DNA from: an uncultured Spirochaetaceae bacterium | GTDB lineage: Bacteria; Spirochaetota; Spirochaetia; Sphaerochaetales; Sphaerochaetaceae | Reading direction: 5' to 3' | Length of the DNA stretch: 53,733 nucleotides | Assembly: GCA_964534915.1 (NCBI GenBank) | Contig: CAZHQL010000001.1 | Coordinates: 1-53,733 of the forward strand | Part shown: one piece after another, positions 45,969-53,733 of the stretch | Layout of the letters: each line of letters opens with the position of its first letter | Position numbering within the stretch: position 1 is the first letter of the stretch | The notes under the pieces: generated by a model | Told to the model about the DNA's origin: nothing | Databases searched by the model: none | What the model saw: the letters and a program-made list of their open reading frames with translations, nothing else | Translations under genes and position numbers: made by a program

Positions 45969-47332
45969 GAAATTTTCTTGTTATCCTCTCTTTACTGCTT
46001 CTTGTCTCCTGTCTGAGCTTTGAAGAGTCATCCCTTCCTTCATGGACAACAAACCCCCGCGTACTGGCAGGGCGCATTGCATACAGCTCGGAAGGAAGCG
46101 GAGAGAGCGAGGAAGAGGCCTTCTCATCAGCGCTTGAGAATTTTCTTGCAGAACTCAGCCTTGACCTTGGATGGGATGCCTATGGCGCGTATTTCAGGGA
46201 ATTAAGCACTACAGAGCGTATTACTGCCCTCGATGGCTATATACAGAACAGATATATGCGTGAGTACCGCGGAGGGCGCTATCTCAGCTACATTCTTTTC
46301 AACTTAAGTGAAGAGCGCTTTTTGACACTCAGGAGCGCTGAGATGACACTTTTGAATGAGGCAGAAGATCTCGTGAGAACAGCTCTGGAGATGGCGCGAA
46401 GAAGCTATATGTCCAACAGCGATGTGGATGCACTTTCATACGCGCTTGAGGCACTTGAGCTCTCGCTGGGCTTTGAATTTGCCGATGAGAGCATAAGAAG
46501 CGACAGGATACTCTCTGAATACGTAATGTACTACCTTGAGCCCCTTGAGATCAGGGTTGAGCAGAACGGAGAGGGGATGGATGCAAGGGTTTTTCTCAGG
46601 CGCAACAGGGGCCTTTTGAGCCCGGCTGTCCTCTCAGCTGACTTAAGCGGCTACTACATTATCAGAAACACAGAGGGAGAGCACTCAGTCGAAGAGATAG
46701 GCATGATAATCCAGAATGGCGTCTATGATTATGTGAATACGAATCCCTATGCTTTAAGGCATGGAGAAATGACGATATCATTTGACCTGGATGAGGAAGT
46801 TCTTTCATCAATCAAGAGCAAGGCTCCAGAGGGATTCCTGGATGACTTCTATCAGATGCTTGATGAGAAGTCTGTTACCTATGAGTATGACCAGAGGGAC
46901 AATGAAAAGGCCTATCCGTTTGATGTCGTTATCTCAGAATATGATGCATCTGGCAGGGAACTTGAGAGCACATATGCACTCGATGCATTCAACTCATCCC
47001 TTTCAGGCGCTTCTATCAGCATAGCTGCAGAAAAAGGGCAGGGAGAGGATGATGAGATCATCATAATGAACTATCTGGCAAAGGACAGTGCCAGAGAACT
47101 TCTCGTGCTGGTACGGCTCGGAGTCTATGACTCAGTCGCAATCTCAGGCGATGCTTACATCGTAAATGTCCGCTCTGCTCTCGAAATCATGGATCTGGAT
47201 ACATTTGATGTGACATACAGTGACGATACTGTCTCTTCCGTGGGCTATGGAAACACATTTGATGAGGCAATGCGCGATGCCTTCATTCGCGCAGGAATCC
47301 TTTTAGCTGACATGTTCATTATAGACCTCTGA
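45965..47332 (+). CDS. Hypothetical lipoprotein
   Basis: 455 aa. The TTG start overlaps the upstream stop (TTGA). Lipobox LLLLVSC|L. A GxGx[ST]x[DE]EAxxxA segment lies near each end. Confidence 0.55.
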   Translation: MRNFLVILSLLLLVSCLSFEESSLPSWTTNPRVLAGRIAYSSEGSGESEEEAFSSALENFLAELSLDLGWDAYGAYFRELSTTERITALDGYIQNRYMREYRGGRYLSYILFNLSEERFLTLRSAEMTLLNEAEDLVRTALEMARRSYMSNSDVDALSYALEALELSLGFEFADESIRSDRILSEYVMYYLEPLEIRVEQNGEGMDARVFLRRNRGLLSPAVLSADLSGYYIIRNTEGEHSVEEIGMIIQNGVYDYVNTNPYALRHGEMTISFDLDEEVLSSIKSKAPEGFLDDFYQMLDEKSVTYEYDQRDNEKAYPFDVVISEYDASGRELESTYALDAFNSSLSGASISIAAEKGQGEDDEIIIMNYLAKDSARELLVLVRLGVYDSVAISGDAYIVNVRSALEIMDLDTFDVTYSDDTVSSVGYGNTFDEAMRDAFIRAGILLADMFIIDL

Positions 47333-47393
47333 TGCAGGATGCGGGCCTCTTCATTGTATTGTCAAACATACCATCTTACGATATTTTTCTCTT

Positions 47394-50243
47394 ATGGACT
47401 CAAATGGATTCAAGCTTCTGAATGAGAGGGATGTTCCCTCCTATGACGGAAGGGCAAGATACTATATTCACGAGAAAACCCAGTTTAAGGTAGTTGCTGT
47501 TAATAATAGCGACAGCGAGCAGTTCTTCTCCTACATCGTATATACTCCTGCAGATAATTCAAGCGGAGTATTCCATATAATTGAGCACACAGTACTCTCA
47601 GGGAGCAGGAAGTATCCTGTAAAGGATGCCTTCACTACCCAGATGAGCATGGGATGCCCGACGTTCATGAATGCCATGACGGGTGCTGACAGGACATACT
47701 ATCTGGCATCCAGCACTGTGAAAAAGGACTTTGAGAACCTCTTCAAGGTCTATAGCGATGCTGTGTTTGACCCCCTTTTGAGAAAGGAGACGTTCATGCA
47801 GGAGGGGATAAGGGTATCGTATGAGGGCCAGATGCATTTTGACGGAGTAGTCTTTTCTGAGATGCAGGGAGCTGTAAGCCAGCATGAGAGCGTTGTCTCT
47901 TCCGTTTCCAGCCACGGCCTCTTTACAGGCTGTCAGTATCAGAATGAGAGCGGAGGCATTCCTGCTGAGATAGCAAGATTAAGCTATGAGGAGTATTTAG
48001 AAACATATAAGAAATTCTATGTGCCTTCGAATATGTGCCTCTTTCTCTATGGCAATGTCGATGTTGAAAGCATCCTCTCATTTCTGAACAGTGAGTACCT
48101 TGAGAAAAGAGGATACACAGAGCCGCCCGGGAAGGTGGTTCTTCCAGAGCACTGGAAAGAGAAAAGAAGGACTTATGCAACATCTTCCTCAAGTGATGAA
48201 TCATCAAACGGGAAGGCAAGCGTTTTATACTCATGGCGTCTTGGCCCGAGCACCGATACTGTAGAGGGAGCAGCGCTTACTGTCCTTACGGATCTGCTCG
48301 TCGGATCTCCTGGCTGTCCATTATACAGCGCGATAACCTCCTGTCCTTATGCTGAGGATATCTCCACCGAGTCCGGCATGATCTGGGACTACAGCGAGTA
48401 CGCGTTCGCAGTCGGGATGTCAGGTGTTAAGAAAGGCGATTACGATAAAGCTGCAGATTATCTGATTTCAGCGCTTAGGAATATCGCTGAAAAAGGCTTC
48501 TCAGAGCGCGAGAAGGAAGCTGCGCTCAGGCGCAATGAGTTCAATTTGAGGGAGATATCGGGAGGTAATCCCCAGGGGATGAAGGCACTTTTCAGAATCG
48601 ACAAGGCCTTTGCATATGGCAAGGATCTTCTGGATATGCTCTATCCTGAGCGTGATGTAGAAGAAGTCAGGAGAAGAAGCGAGGAAGACCCCCGTTATTT
48701 CGAGTCTTACATCGAGAAGAACTTTTTGAATAATACGCACTCTCTTTTGTCCATAGTCGCCGTGGATGAGAGAAAGGACGAAGAGGAGAAGGCCTTGCTG
48801 GATGCTATCCTCAGAGAGGAAGCTAAGAAGCATCCAAGGAGTGAGGATGATCTTTTCATCGCGTTTTCAAAGAGCATTGACAGCCCGGATGCCTTCAGAA
48901 GCTTCGTCCCGCTGTCGCTTGGCGATGTAGAGGAAGTCAGGTTTGAGAAAAACCCGGGATCCTCAGGCGAAAGAATTGTATCTGTTGGCAAGTTCTCCAA
49001 CGGCATTGTATACCTTGATGCTGCGTTCGATGTCTCAGACTTTTGCTTGTCAGAGCTTGAGAGCCTGAATGTCTATGCACGCCTTCTTACGATGTGCTCA
49101 ACAAAAAACAAGAGAATGAACGAGGTGCAGACGGATATAAGGTACACTTCCGGGGGATATGCTTTCTACATTGAGAGCGGACAGACACTCGAAGGGGATG
49201 TAAGGACATACCTTCTATTCAGGATGAGAGCACTCAAGGAGACATGTCATGATGCACTCATTGAGTTCATAGGGCTTCTTAAGGATGGGATTATAGATGA
49301 GAGCGAGATCTCCAATGCCCTTACTGATATCTCAACTGATTATAAATCCGGGGTTACGCAGTCAGGGCAGAGCTATGCAATAAGCGCAGCATCCGCATCC
49401 CTTTCTCCCTCGCTCTATATAGGAGAGAAGCTTTCAGGACTTTCATTCTGGTACACTGTTGAAGAGAAGAAGAAGGACATAGGAAAGGAAGCAGAGAGAC
49501 TGAAATGCATCAAGGAGAAGCTTTTGAATGCAGCAAGGATAAAGGTTCAGACCTTCTCTGATAAGGAAAATGTTGAGTTTATGAGAGCGGAGGCTGCTTT
49601 CTTCCTTTCATCATTTGATGAAAAGATTGTGGAAAAAAGTGCGTCCATAGAAGCAGATTTTCCCAAAAAGACTGCATTCCTCTTAAGTACTCCGGTTTCC
49701 TATTCAGCTTTAAGCTGTTCAACAAGCAATACTCCATGGCCTCAGATGCTGTCAATGAGGATACTTTTATCCATACTCACAACAGATACGCTATGGGATC
49801 TGATAAGGGCCAAGGGTGGAGCCTATGGAACCGGGGCCATGCTCGACAATCTCGAAGACAGGCTCTTTTTCTATACATACCGGGACCCGAGGGGCATTAA
49901 AAGCTTCAAGGACTTTGTACGCTCAATCGAGATTGAGAAGCTCGATGAGAAGAAGCTTGAGGATGTCAAGATAAACATCAAAAGCCAGGACAGGAAACCT
50001 CAGAGCCCGTCGCAGAAGGCACTGACGTACCTTCGCAGGAGGCTCTTCAATGTAAGCGATGAATACCGCTTGAAACTCAGAAAGGAATTGAACGAGGTGA
50101 CACTTGAGATGGTTGAGAGCGTCAGAGTTCCTTTGCTATCATTAGTAGGCGATGCATCAACGCCTGTGGCGATAATCACTGATAAAAAGGAGGCCGGAAA
50201 GTTAAGGAATAAGGGCTACGAGATCTTTTTCCTTCCGATGTAG
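47394..50243 (+). CDS. M16-family zinc metallopeptidase, PreP/M16C-like
   Basis: 949 aa. Inverted zinc motif HIIEH (HxxEH) in FHIIEHTVLSGS. The length and four-domain layout are typical of presequence-protease-like enzymes. Confidence 0.85.
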   Translation: MDSNGFKLLNERDVPSYDGRARYYIHEKTQFKVVAVNNSDSEQFFSYIVYTPADNSSGVFHIIEHTVLSGSRKYPVKDAFTTQMSMGCPTFMNAMTGADRTYYLASSTVKKDFENLFKVYSDAVFDPLLRKETFMQEGIRVSYEGQMHFDGVVFSEMQGAVSQHESVVSSVSSHGLFTGCQYQNESGGIPAEIARLSYEEYLETYKKFYVPSNMCLFLYGNVDVESILSFLNSEYLEKRGYTEPPGKVVLPEHWKEKRRTYATSSSSDESSNGKASVLYSWRLGPSTDTVEGAALTVLTDLLVGSPGCPLYSAITSCPYAEDISTESGMIWDYSEYAFAVGMSGVKKGDYDKAADYLISALRNIAEKGFSEREKEAALRRNEFNLREISGGNPQGMKALFRIDKAFAYGKDLLDMLYPERDVEEVRRRSEEDPRYFESYIEKNFLNNTHSLLSIVAVDERKDEEEKALLDAILREEAKKHPRSEDDLFIAFSKSIDSPDAFRSFVPLSLGDVEEVRFEKNPGSSGERIVSVGKFSNGIVYLDAAFDVSDFCLSELESLNVYARLLTMCSTKNKRMNEVQTDIRYTSGGYAFYIESGQTLEGDVRTYLLFRMRALKETCHDALIEFIGLLKDGIIDESEISNALTDISTDYKSGVTQSGQSYAISAASASLSPSLYIGEKLSGLSFWYTVEEKKKDIGKEAERLKCIKEKLLNAARIKVQTFSDKENVEFMRAEAAFFLSSFDEKIVEKSASIEADFPKKTAFLLSTPVSYSALSCSTSNTPWPQMLSMRILLSILTTDTLWDLIRAKGGAYGTGAMLDNLEDRLFFYTYRDPRGIKSFKDFVRSIEIEKLDEKKLEDVKINIKSQDRKPQSPSQKALTYLRRRLFNVSDEYRLKLRKELNEVTLEMVESVRVPLLSLVGDASTPVAIITDKKEAGKLRNKGYEIFFLPM

Positions 50244-50247
50244 TCTG

Positions 50248-51093
50248 ATGAAGGGAATGGTATTAGAAGGAGGCGCATTAAGGGGCATTTATACTGCAGG
50301 ATGCCTTGATGTCCTGATGGAGAAGGAGATAGAAGTCGACGGGTATGCAGGAGTATCTGCTGGCGTTGTATTTGGCGCAAACTATAAGTCCGGTCAGGCA
50401 GGAAGGACAATCCGCTATAATATCCGTTATCTTAAGGACCCGCGCTACTCAGGCATCAGAAGCCTTATTAAAACCGGCGACCTCTTCGGCAGGGACTTCT
50501 GCTACAACCAGATTCCGAATGTCCTTGACCCGTTTGATTACGAGGCATTCAGAGCTAATCCCGTGAAGCTCTATGCAGTTGCAACCGATGCCCTAACCGG
50601 TAAACCCTTATACCATGAGCTTAGGGAAGGAAATGAATCAGACCTTGAATGGATGAGAGGCTCAGCATCGATGCCGGGCGTCTCAAAGGCTGTCAGAGTC
50701 GACGGCTACACAATACTTGACGGTGGAATTTCTGACTCAGTTCCAATAGAGTTCATGCTCTCAAAGGGCTATGAGAAGATCATCGTGATCCTTACGCGTC
50801 CCAGGGGCTACAGGAAGAAGGCAAAAAGGCTTAATCCCCTGGTGCGAAGAGCATTAAGGGACTGGCCGGCAATAATATCGGCTCTGGAAAGGAGAAGCGA
50901 AGAGTATAACCGTGAGCTGGATCTGGTGGATGAGCTTGAGAAACAGGGGAAAGTACTTGTCCTTGCACCAACAGAGGACCTCGGGGTTAAAAGGGTAGAG
51001 AAGAACAGGGACAAGGTCTTTGCTCTGTATTGTCTGGCTCGTGATGACACGTTATCTCGCATCAGCGAAATCAGGGAGTTCCTGGCTCTTTAA
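50248..51093 (+). CDS. Patatin-like phospholipase
   Basis: 281 aa. Oxyanion GGALRG, nucleophile GVSAG (GxSxG) and catalytic Asp in LDGGISD. Starts 4 nt after the M16 stop. Confidence 0.88.
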   Translation: MKGMVLEGGALRGIYTAGCLDVLMEKEIEVDGYAGVSAGVVFGANYKSGQAGRTIRYNIRYLKDPRYSGIRSLIKTGDLFGRDFCYNQIPNVLDPFDYEAFRANPVKLYAVATDALTGKPLYHELREGNESDLEWMRGSASMPGVSKAVRVDGYTILDGGISDSVPIEFMLSKGYEKIIVILTRPRGYRKKAKRLNPLVRRALRDWPAIISALERRSEEYNRELDLVDELEKQGKVLVLAPTEDLGVKRVEKNRDKVFALYCLARDDTLSRISEIREFLAL

Positions 51094-51137
51094 TGTTTTT
51101 CTCATCTTTCCATGCTATAGATTGACTGGGAGGTCTT

Positions 51138-51821
51138 ATGCGGATTCTTATTGCAGATGATGAGAGAGCGCTCTCAGACGTTATTGAGAAGAGGCTGAAA
51201 AAGGAAGGCTATGCAGTTGACTGCGTCTATAATGGCCTTGATGCGCTTTCGTATCTTGAAGCTGCAGAGTACGATGCTGCCATACTGGATATCATGATGC
51301 CATCTCTCAGCGGAACAGAGGCTCTCGAGAGCTACAGGAAGAAAGGGGGAAAGACTCCGATAATATTCCTTACTGCAAAGGCAAGTGTCAGTGACCGCAT
51401 TAAAGGCCTGGATGCAGGCGCGGATGACTATATTGTAAAACCCTTTTCATTTGATGAGCTTCTTGCGCGTCTTCGCTCCGTTCTGAGAAGAAGTGCCAGG
51501 AACTTCAATTCAAGCATCCTTCAGATTGACACTCTTACGCTGGATATGAGATGCGGAGTTGTAAAAAGAGGAGAGAATGTAATAGATCTCACGCAGAAAG
51601 AGTATTCGATGCTCGAGTACATGATGATCAACTCCAATATGATATTAAGCCGTGAGATGCTTTTAAGTCATGTATGGGATTATAGCTATGAAGGCCAGTC
51701 GAACATGGTGGATGTCTATATAAGGTACCTCAGGAAAAAGATAGACATTCCTGGAGAAAAGCCCCTTATCCACACATACCGCGGCCGCGGCTATATGATG
51801 GGAGACAGAGGTGTCACTTAA
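51138..51821 (+). CDS. OmpR-family response regulator
   Basis: 227 aa. Receiver domain (ILIADDE...LDIMMP...LTAK) and a winged-helix output domain (LTQKEYSMLEYM...VYIRYLRKKI...IHTYRGRGY). Confidence 0.92.
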   Translation: MRILIADDERALSDVIEKRLKKEGYAVDCVYNGLDALSYLEAAEYDAAILDIMMPSLSGTEALESYRKKGGKTPIIFLTAKASVSDRIKGLDAGADDYIVKPFSFDELLARLRSVLRRSARNFNSSILQIDTLTLDMRCGVVKRGENVIDLTQKEYSMLEYMMINSNMILSREMLLSHVWDYSYEGQSNMVDVYIRYLRKKIDIPGEKPLIHTYRGRGYMMGDRGVT

Positions 51822-53139
51822 GAAGAGGATCGTAACATGGTATACAATCTGGATCGTATTCCTGATTGTCCTGATTCTTATAATGTTCATTGCCTTTACA
51901 GGTTATCTTTTTCTCACTTCAATCCGTCATGATATAGAAAGGGCCTTAAGCATTGCCGCCTGGCAAATACAGCAAAGCGATGGCCTTCTCTCATTTTCAT
52001 CGCTTGAGGAAGTTGATGACGGGATATATCTCTTTGTGTTCTCTGAGGATGGAACAAGGCTCTTTGGAAGGAGGCTTGAAGTACTCTCTGCCTCTTACCA
52101 GGAAGGACAGAGGATGCTCAGTGCGGGAAGTTCAAAGTGGGTAATCAGCGACATGATGATGGATGGCTACTATATACGAGCTGCCTATCAGCTGCCGGCT
52201 TTCTTCACAGCGCTGTTATCAGATCTTCTTCCTCTTCTGGTATCTGCTGTTCTCCTTGTCCTAATATCCATATGCGGAGGCTATTTAATCGTCAAAAGGG
52301 CATTCGCACCTTTTGATAAACTGATAGAGACGGCATCCGTCATCGCAGATGGAGATGATCTGGAACTCCGCCTTGAAGAGGAGAAGACAAAGGAGGGAAG
52401 GGCCCTCAGCGAAGCATTCAACTCGATGCTCAGCCGCCTTGATTCATCGTTTAAGAGGGAAAAGGAGTTCTCTGATGATGCATCCCATGAGCTCAGGACT
52501 CCTGTTGCAGTCATAAAGGCTGAGAGCGAGTATGCATTAACAGTTTTGAATGATGAAAAAGAAGTTGCTTCCTCTCTTAAAAGCATTGAAAGGGAAGCGG
52601 ACAGGATGACGCGCCTTATAGGCACGCTTTCAGAGCTTTCACGAATGGATAAGAAGAGCATCAGCATAGACAAGAAGAAGTTCTCTCTCTCAAGCGCAGT
52701 AAGGCGTGTCTCTGATGGCATGAAGGAGATAGCAGAGGATAAGGGCCTTGCATTTACATCATCTCTGGCAGAAGGCATTTATGTATATGCTGATGAGGAT
52801 ATGATAGAGCGTGCCCTGATTAATCTTATAGATAACGCAATCTCTTACTCAAAGGAAAAAGGATCAGTCTCAGTAAATCTCAGAAAGGAAGAAGAAAGGG
52901 CAGTAATAGAAGTAAGGGATGACGGAATTGGAATAAAAGAAGAGGACCAGGTGAGGATCTTTGACCGCTTCTTCCAGGTTGATAAAGCACGGACAAGCAC
53001 CTCTTCCGGCCTGGGGCTTGCAATGGTAAAGGAGATTGCAGAGTTCAATGATGCTTCCATTTCCTGTTCAAGCAATCCTGGCATTGGCTCAACATTCACA
53101 TTCACTCTGAAGACAGTGGAAAACGAGCAGATTCCTTGA
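51811..53139 (+). CDS. Sensor histidine kinase (2 TM, HAMP, HisKA, HATPase_c)
   Basis: 442 aa. H-box DASHELRTPV, N-box LIDNAISYS, G-boxes DDGIGI and GLGLAMVKEI. Overlaps the regulator gene by 11 nt. Confidence 0.92.
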   Translation: MSLKKRIVTWYTIWIVFLIVLILIMFIAFTGYLFLTSIRHDIERALSIAAWQIQQSDGLLSFSSLEEVDDGIYLFVFSEDGTRLFGRRLEVLSASYQEGQRMLSAGSSKWVISDMMMDGYYIRAAYQLPAFFTALLSDLLPLLVSAVLLVLISICGGYLIVKRAFAPFDKLIETASVIADGDDLELRLEEEKTKEGRALSEAFNSMLSRLDSSFKREKEFSDDASHELRTPVAVIKAESEYALTVLNDEKEVASSLKSIEREADRMTRLIGTLSELSRMDKKSISIDKKKFSLSSAVRRVSDGMKEIAEDKGLAFTSSLAEGIYVYADEDMIERALINLIDNAISYSKEKGSVSVNLRKEEERAVIEVRDDGIGIKEEDQVRIFDRFFQVDKARTSTSSGLGLAMVKEIAEFNDASISCSSNPGIGSTFTFTLKTVENEQIP

Positions 53140-53258
53140 ATGCTTTCTCATAGCTATACATGTCCGTCGTTCAATGCGCAGAGACTAATTCATTGTACAT
53201 TAACCAGTTATGAGCACTTAGCGCTCAAAAAGTCATAAAACCCTGTAACAGGAAACGA

Positions 53259-53289
53259 ACAAAAAATAAGGAGCTCAATTCAGAACTCC
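53259..53289 (-). terminator. Minus-strand intrinsic terminator (T1)
   Basis: On the minus strand: GGAGUUC, a 6-nt loop, GAGCUCC, then UUAUUUUUUGUU. The one non-Watson-Crick pair is a G-U only on the minus-strand RNA and would be a C-A mismatch on the plus strand. Confidence 0.55.
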
Positions 53290-53426
53290 TCAATTGGGCC
53301 CCAGAGCGTATCTCGGGCAATGTAGAATTGGTTTCTACAAGTGAAGAATACATCAGAAATCCCGATATCGTCAAGACTGCGATGGCTGGAGCATCACTTG
53401 CGCCATCTGGGTTAAGGACTTTGTGA

Positions 53427-53463
53427 ATAAAAAACAACGAGGCTCTTCAGTTAGAAAGCCTCG
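53427..53463 (-). terminator. Minus-strand intrinsic terminator (T2)
   Basis: On the minus strand: CGAGGCU (53463-53457), a 12-nt loop, AGCCUCG (53444-53438), then UUGUUUUUUAUU. Confidence 0.6.
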
Positions 53464-53733
53464 CGGGGCGCCCAGAACGTCTGCCGGATGGCAGCCTGTT
53501 CTCGACTTACGCAGAAATCTCTACGCAACTAAAAGATATCTCACAGAGTCCTATGACGTCAAACCCTTTTGACCCTTTGAATCGACCAGGTGGCATTATA
53601 AGGGCGCAGAGAACGACTTTTTCGGATTCCTCCTTAACATTTCTCAGCCTTTTTGGATTAAAAAGTAGGAGACCTTAATAAACGAGGTCTTTCGCTGTTT
53701 GTGACTGATGGCAAGCAGAGGAAATGAAAATGA

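Noticed and set aside
53225-53437. 70-aa minus-strand ORF in the terminal region.
   Set aside because: It starts inside the U-tract of terminator T2 and reads straight through terminator T1. It has no RBS, and the sequence is hydrophobic, low-complexity and unconvincing.
53560-53620. TPP-riboswitch-like strings: ACCCTTTGAA on the plus strand, and ATAATGCCA and GTGAGA on the minus strand.
   Set aside because: The motifs fall on different strands and in the wrong order for the thiamine-pyrophosphate aptamer on either strand.
53140-53733. The possibility that the terminal non-coding block is tmRNA, RNase P RNA, SRP RNA or a tRNA.
   Set aside because: I could not find their hallmark sequences on either strand. 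None of these are present: a GGGG...GGATTCGAC 5' end or a T-arm plus CCA 3' end for tmRNA; GAGGAAAGTCCGG or ACAGAANCCGGCTTA for RNase P; the SRP domain IV motif; a T-loop GTTCGAATC-type sequence.
1-53733. Search for CRISPR arrays, IS elements or transposases, integrases, prophage genes, rRNA or tRNA genes, and long direct or inverted repeats.
   Set aside because: None were seen. Intergenic gaps are short except at 53140-53733. No repeat-spacer periodicity is present, and no DDE or tyrosine-recombinase-like ORFs are in the track.

Overview
This 53.7-kb chromosomal window reads like a spirochaete, probably Treponema-like, core region. The taxon call is inferred from synteny only: secY-rpmJ-rpsM-rpsK-rpoA-rplQ without adk/map/infA/rpsD, rpsT next to an HU/Hbb-like gene, rho-rpmE, loose [VA]SC lipoboxes, and a poly-G contingency tract.

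Gene content, left to right:
- 1-7.3 kb: distal spc plus alpha ribosomal operons, including a 37-aa rpmJ at 4903-5016 that is missing from the ORF track.
- Then rny-ymdB, an orphan PTS enzyme I, der, a HAD hydrolase, a membrane-anchored coiled-coil/hyperacidic protein, grpE-dnaK-dnaJ and rlmB.
- A convergent, divergent purD-like gene plus dus, then a PSP1/RicT-family gene and the tightly overlapped rpsT-HU-lnt-cinA-ybaK string.
- rho (about 175-aa disordered N-terminal extension) with rpmE, then a galactokinase-fold protein with degenerate catalytic motifs, co-operonic with surE and a YkgJ-type Cys-cluster protein.
- nifS-nifU with a coupled antitoxin-like HTH gene, a long uridine-kinase-family protein, a short AOR-family protein and a YfcE-type phosphoesterase.
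- The right-hand 16 kb is more accessory: a GLUG-repeat lipoprotein, a lysophospholipase, a YihY-wHTH fusion, ThpR, several unannotatable envelope proteins, pepT, an M16C peptidase, patatin and an OmpR/HK pair.
- The window ends in about 590 bp of structured non-coding DNA.

I found no rRNA or tRNA genes, CRISPR arrays, transposases or integrases. I also see no recognisable defence island.

Best leads:
1. A G7 homopolymer (37780-37786) separates RBS plus ATG from the lipoprotein signal peptide of the GLUG surface protein. This is either a phase-variation OFF state or a homopolymer error.
2. The terminator-rich structured region at 53140-53733.
3. The pseudokinase-surE-ykgJ operon.
4. The truncated AOR-like protein.
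5. The envelope-protein pair embedded in a peptidase/patatin operon.

All functional calls come from reading the translated sequences and motifs by eye. No database search was run.
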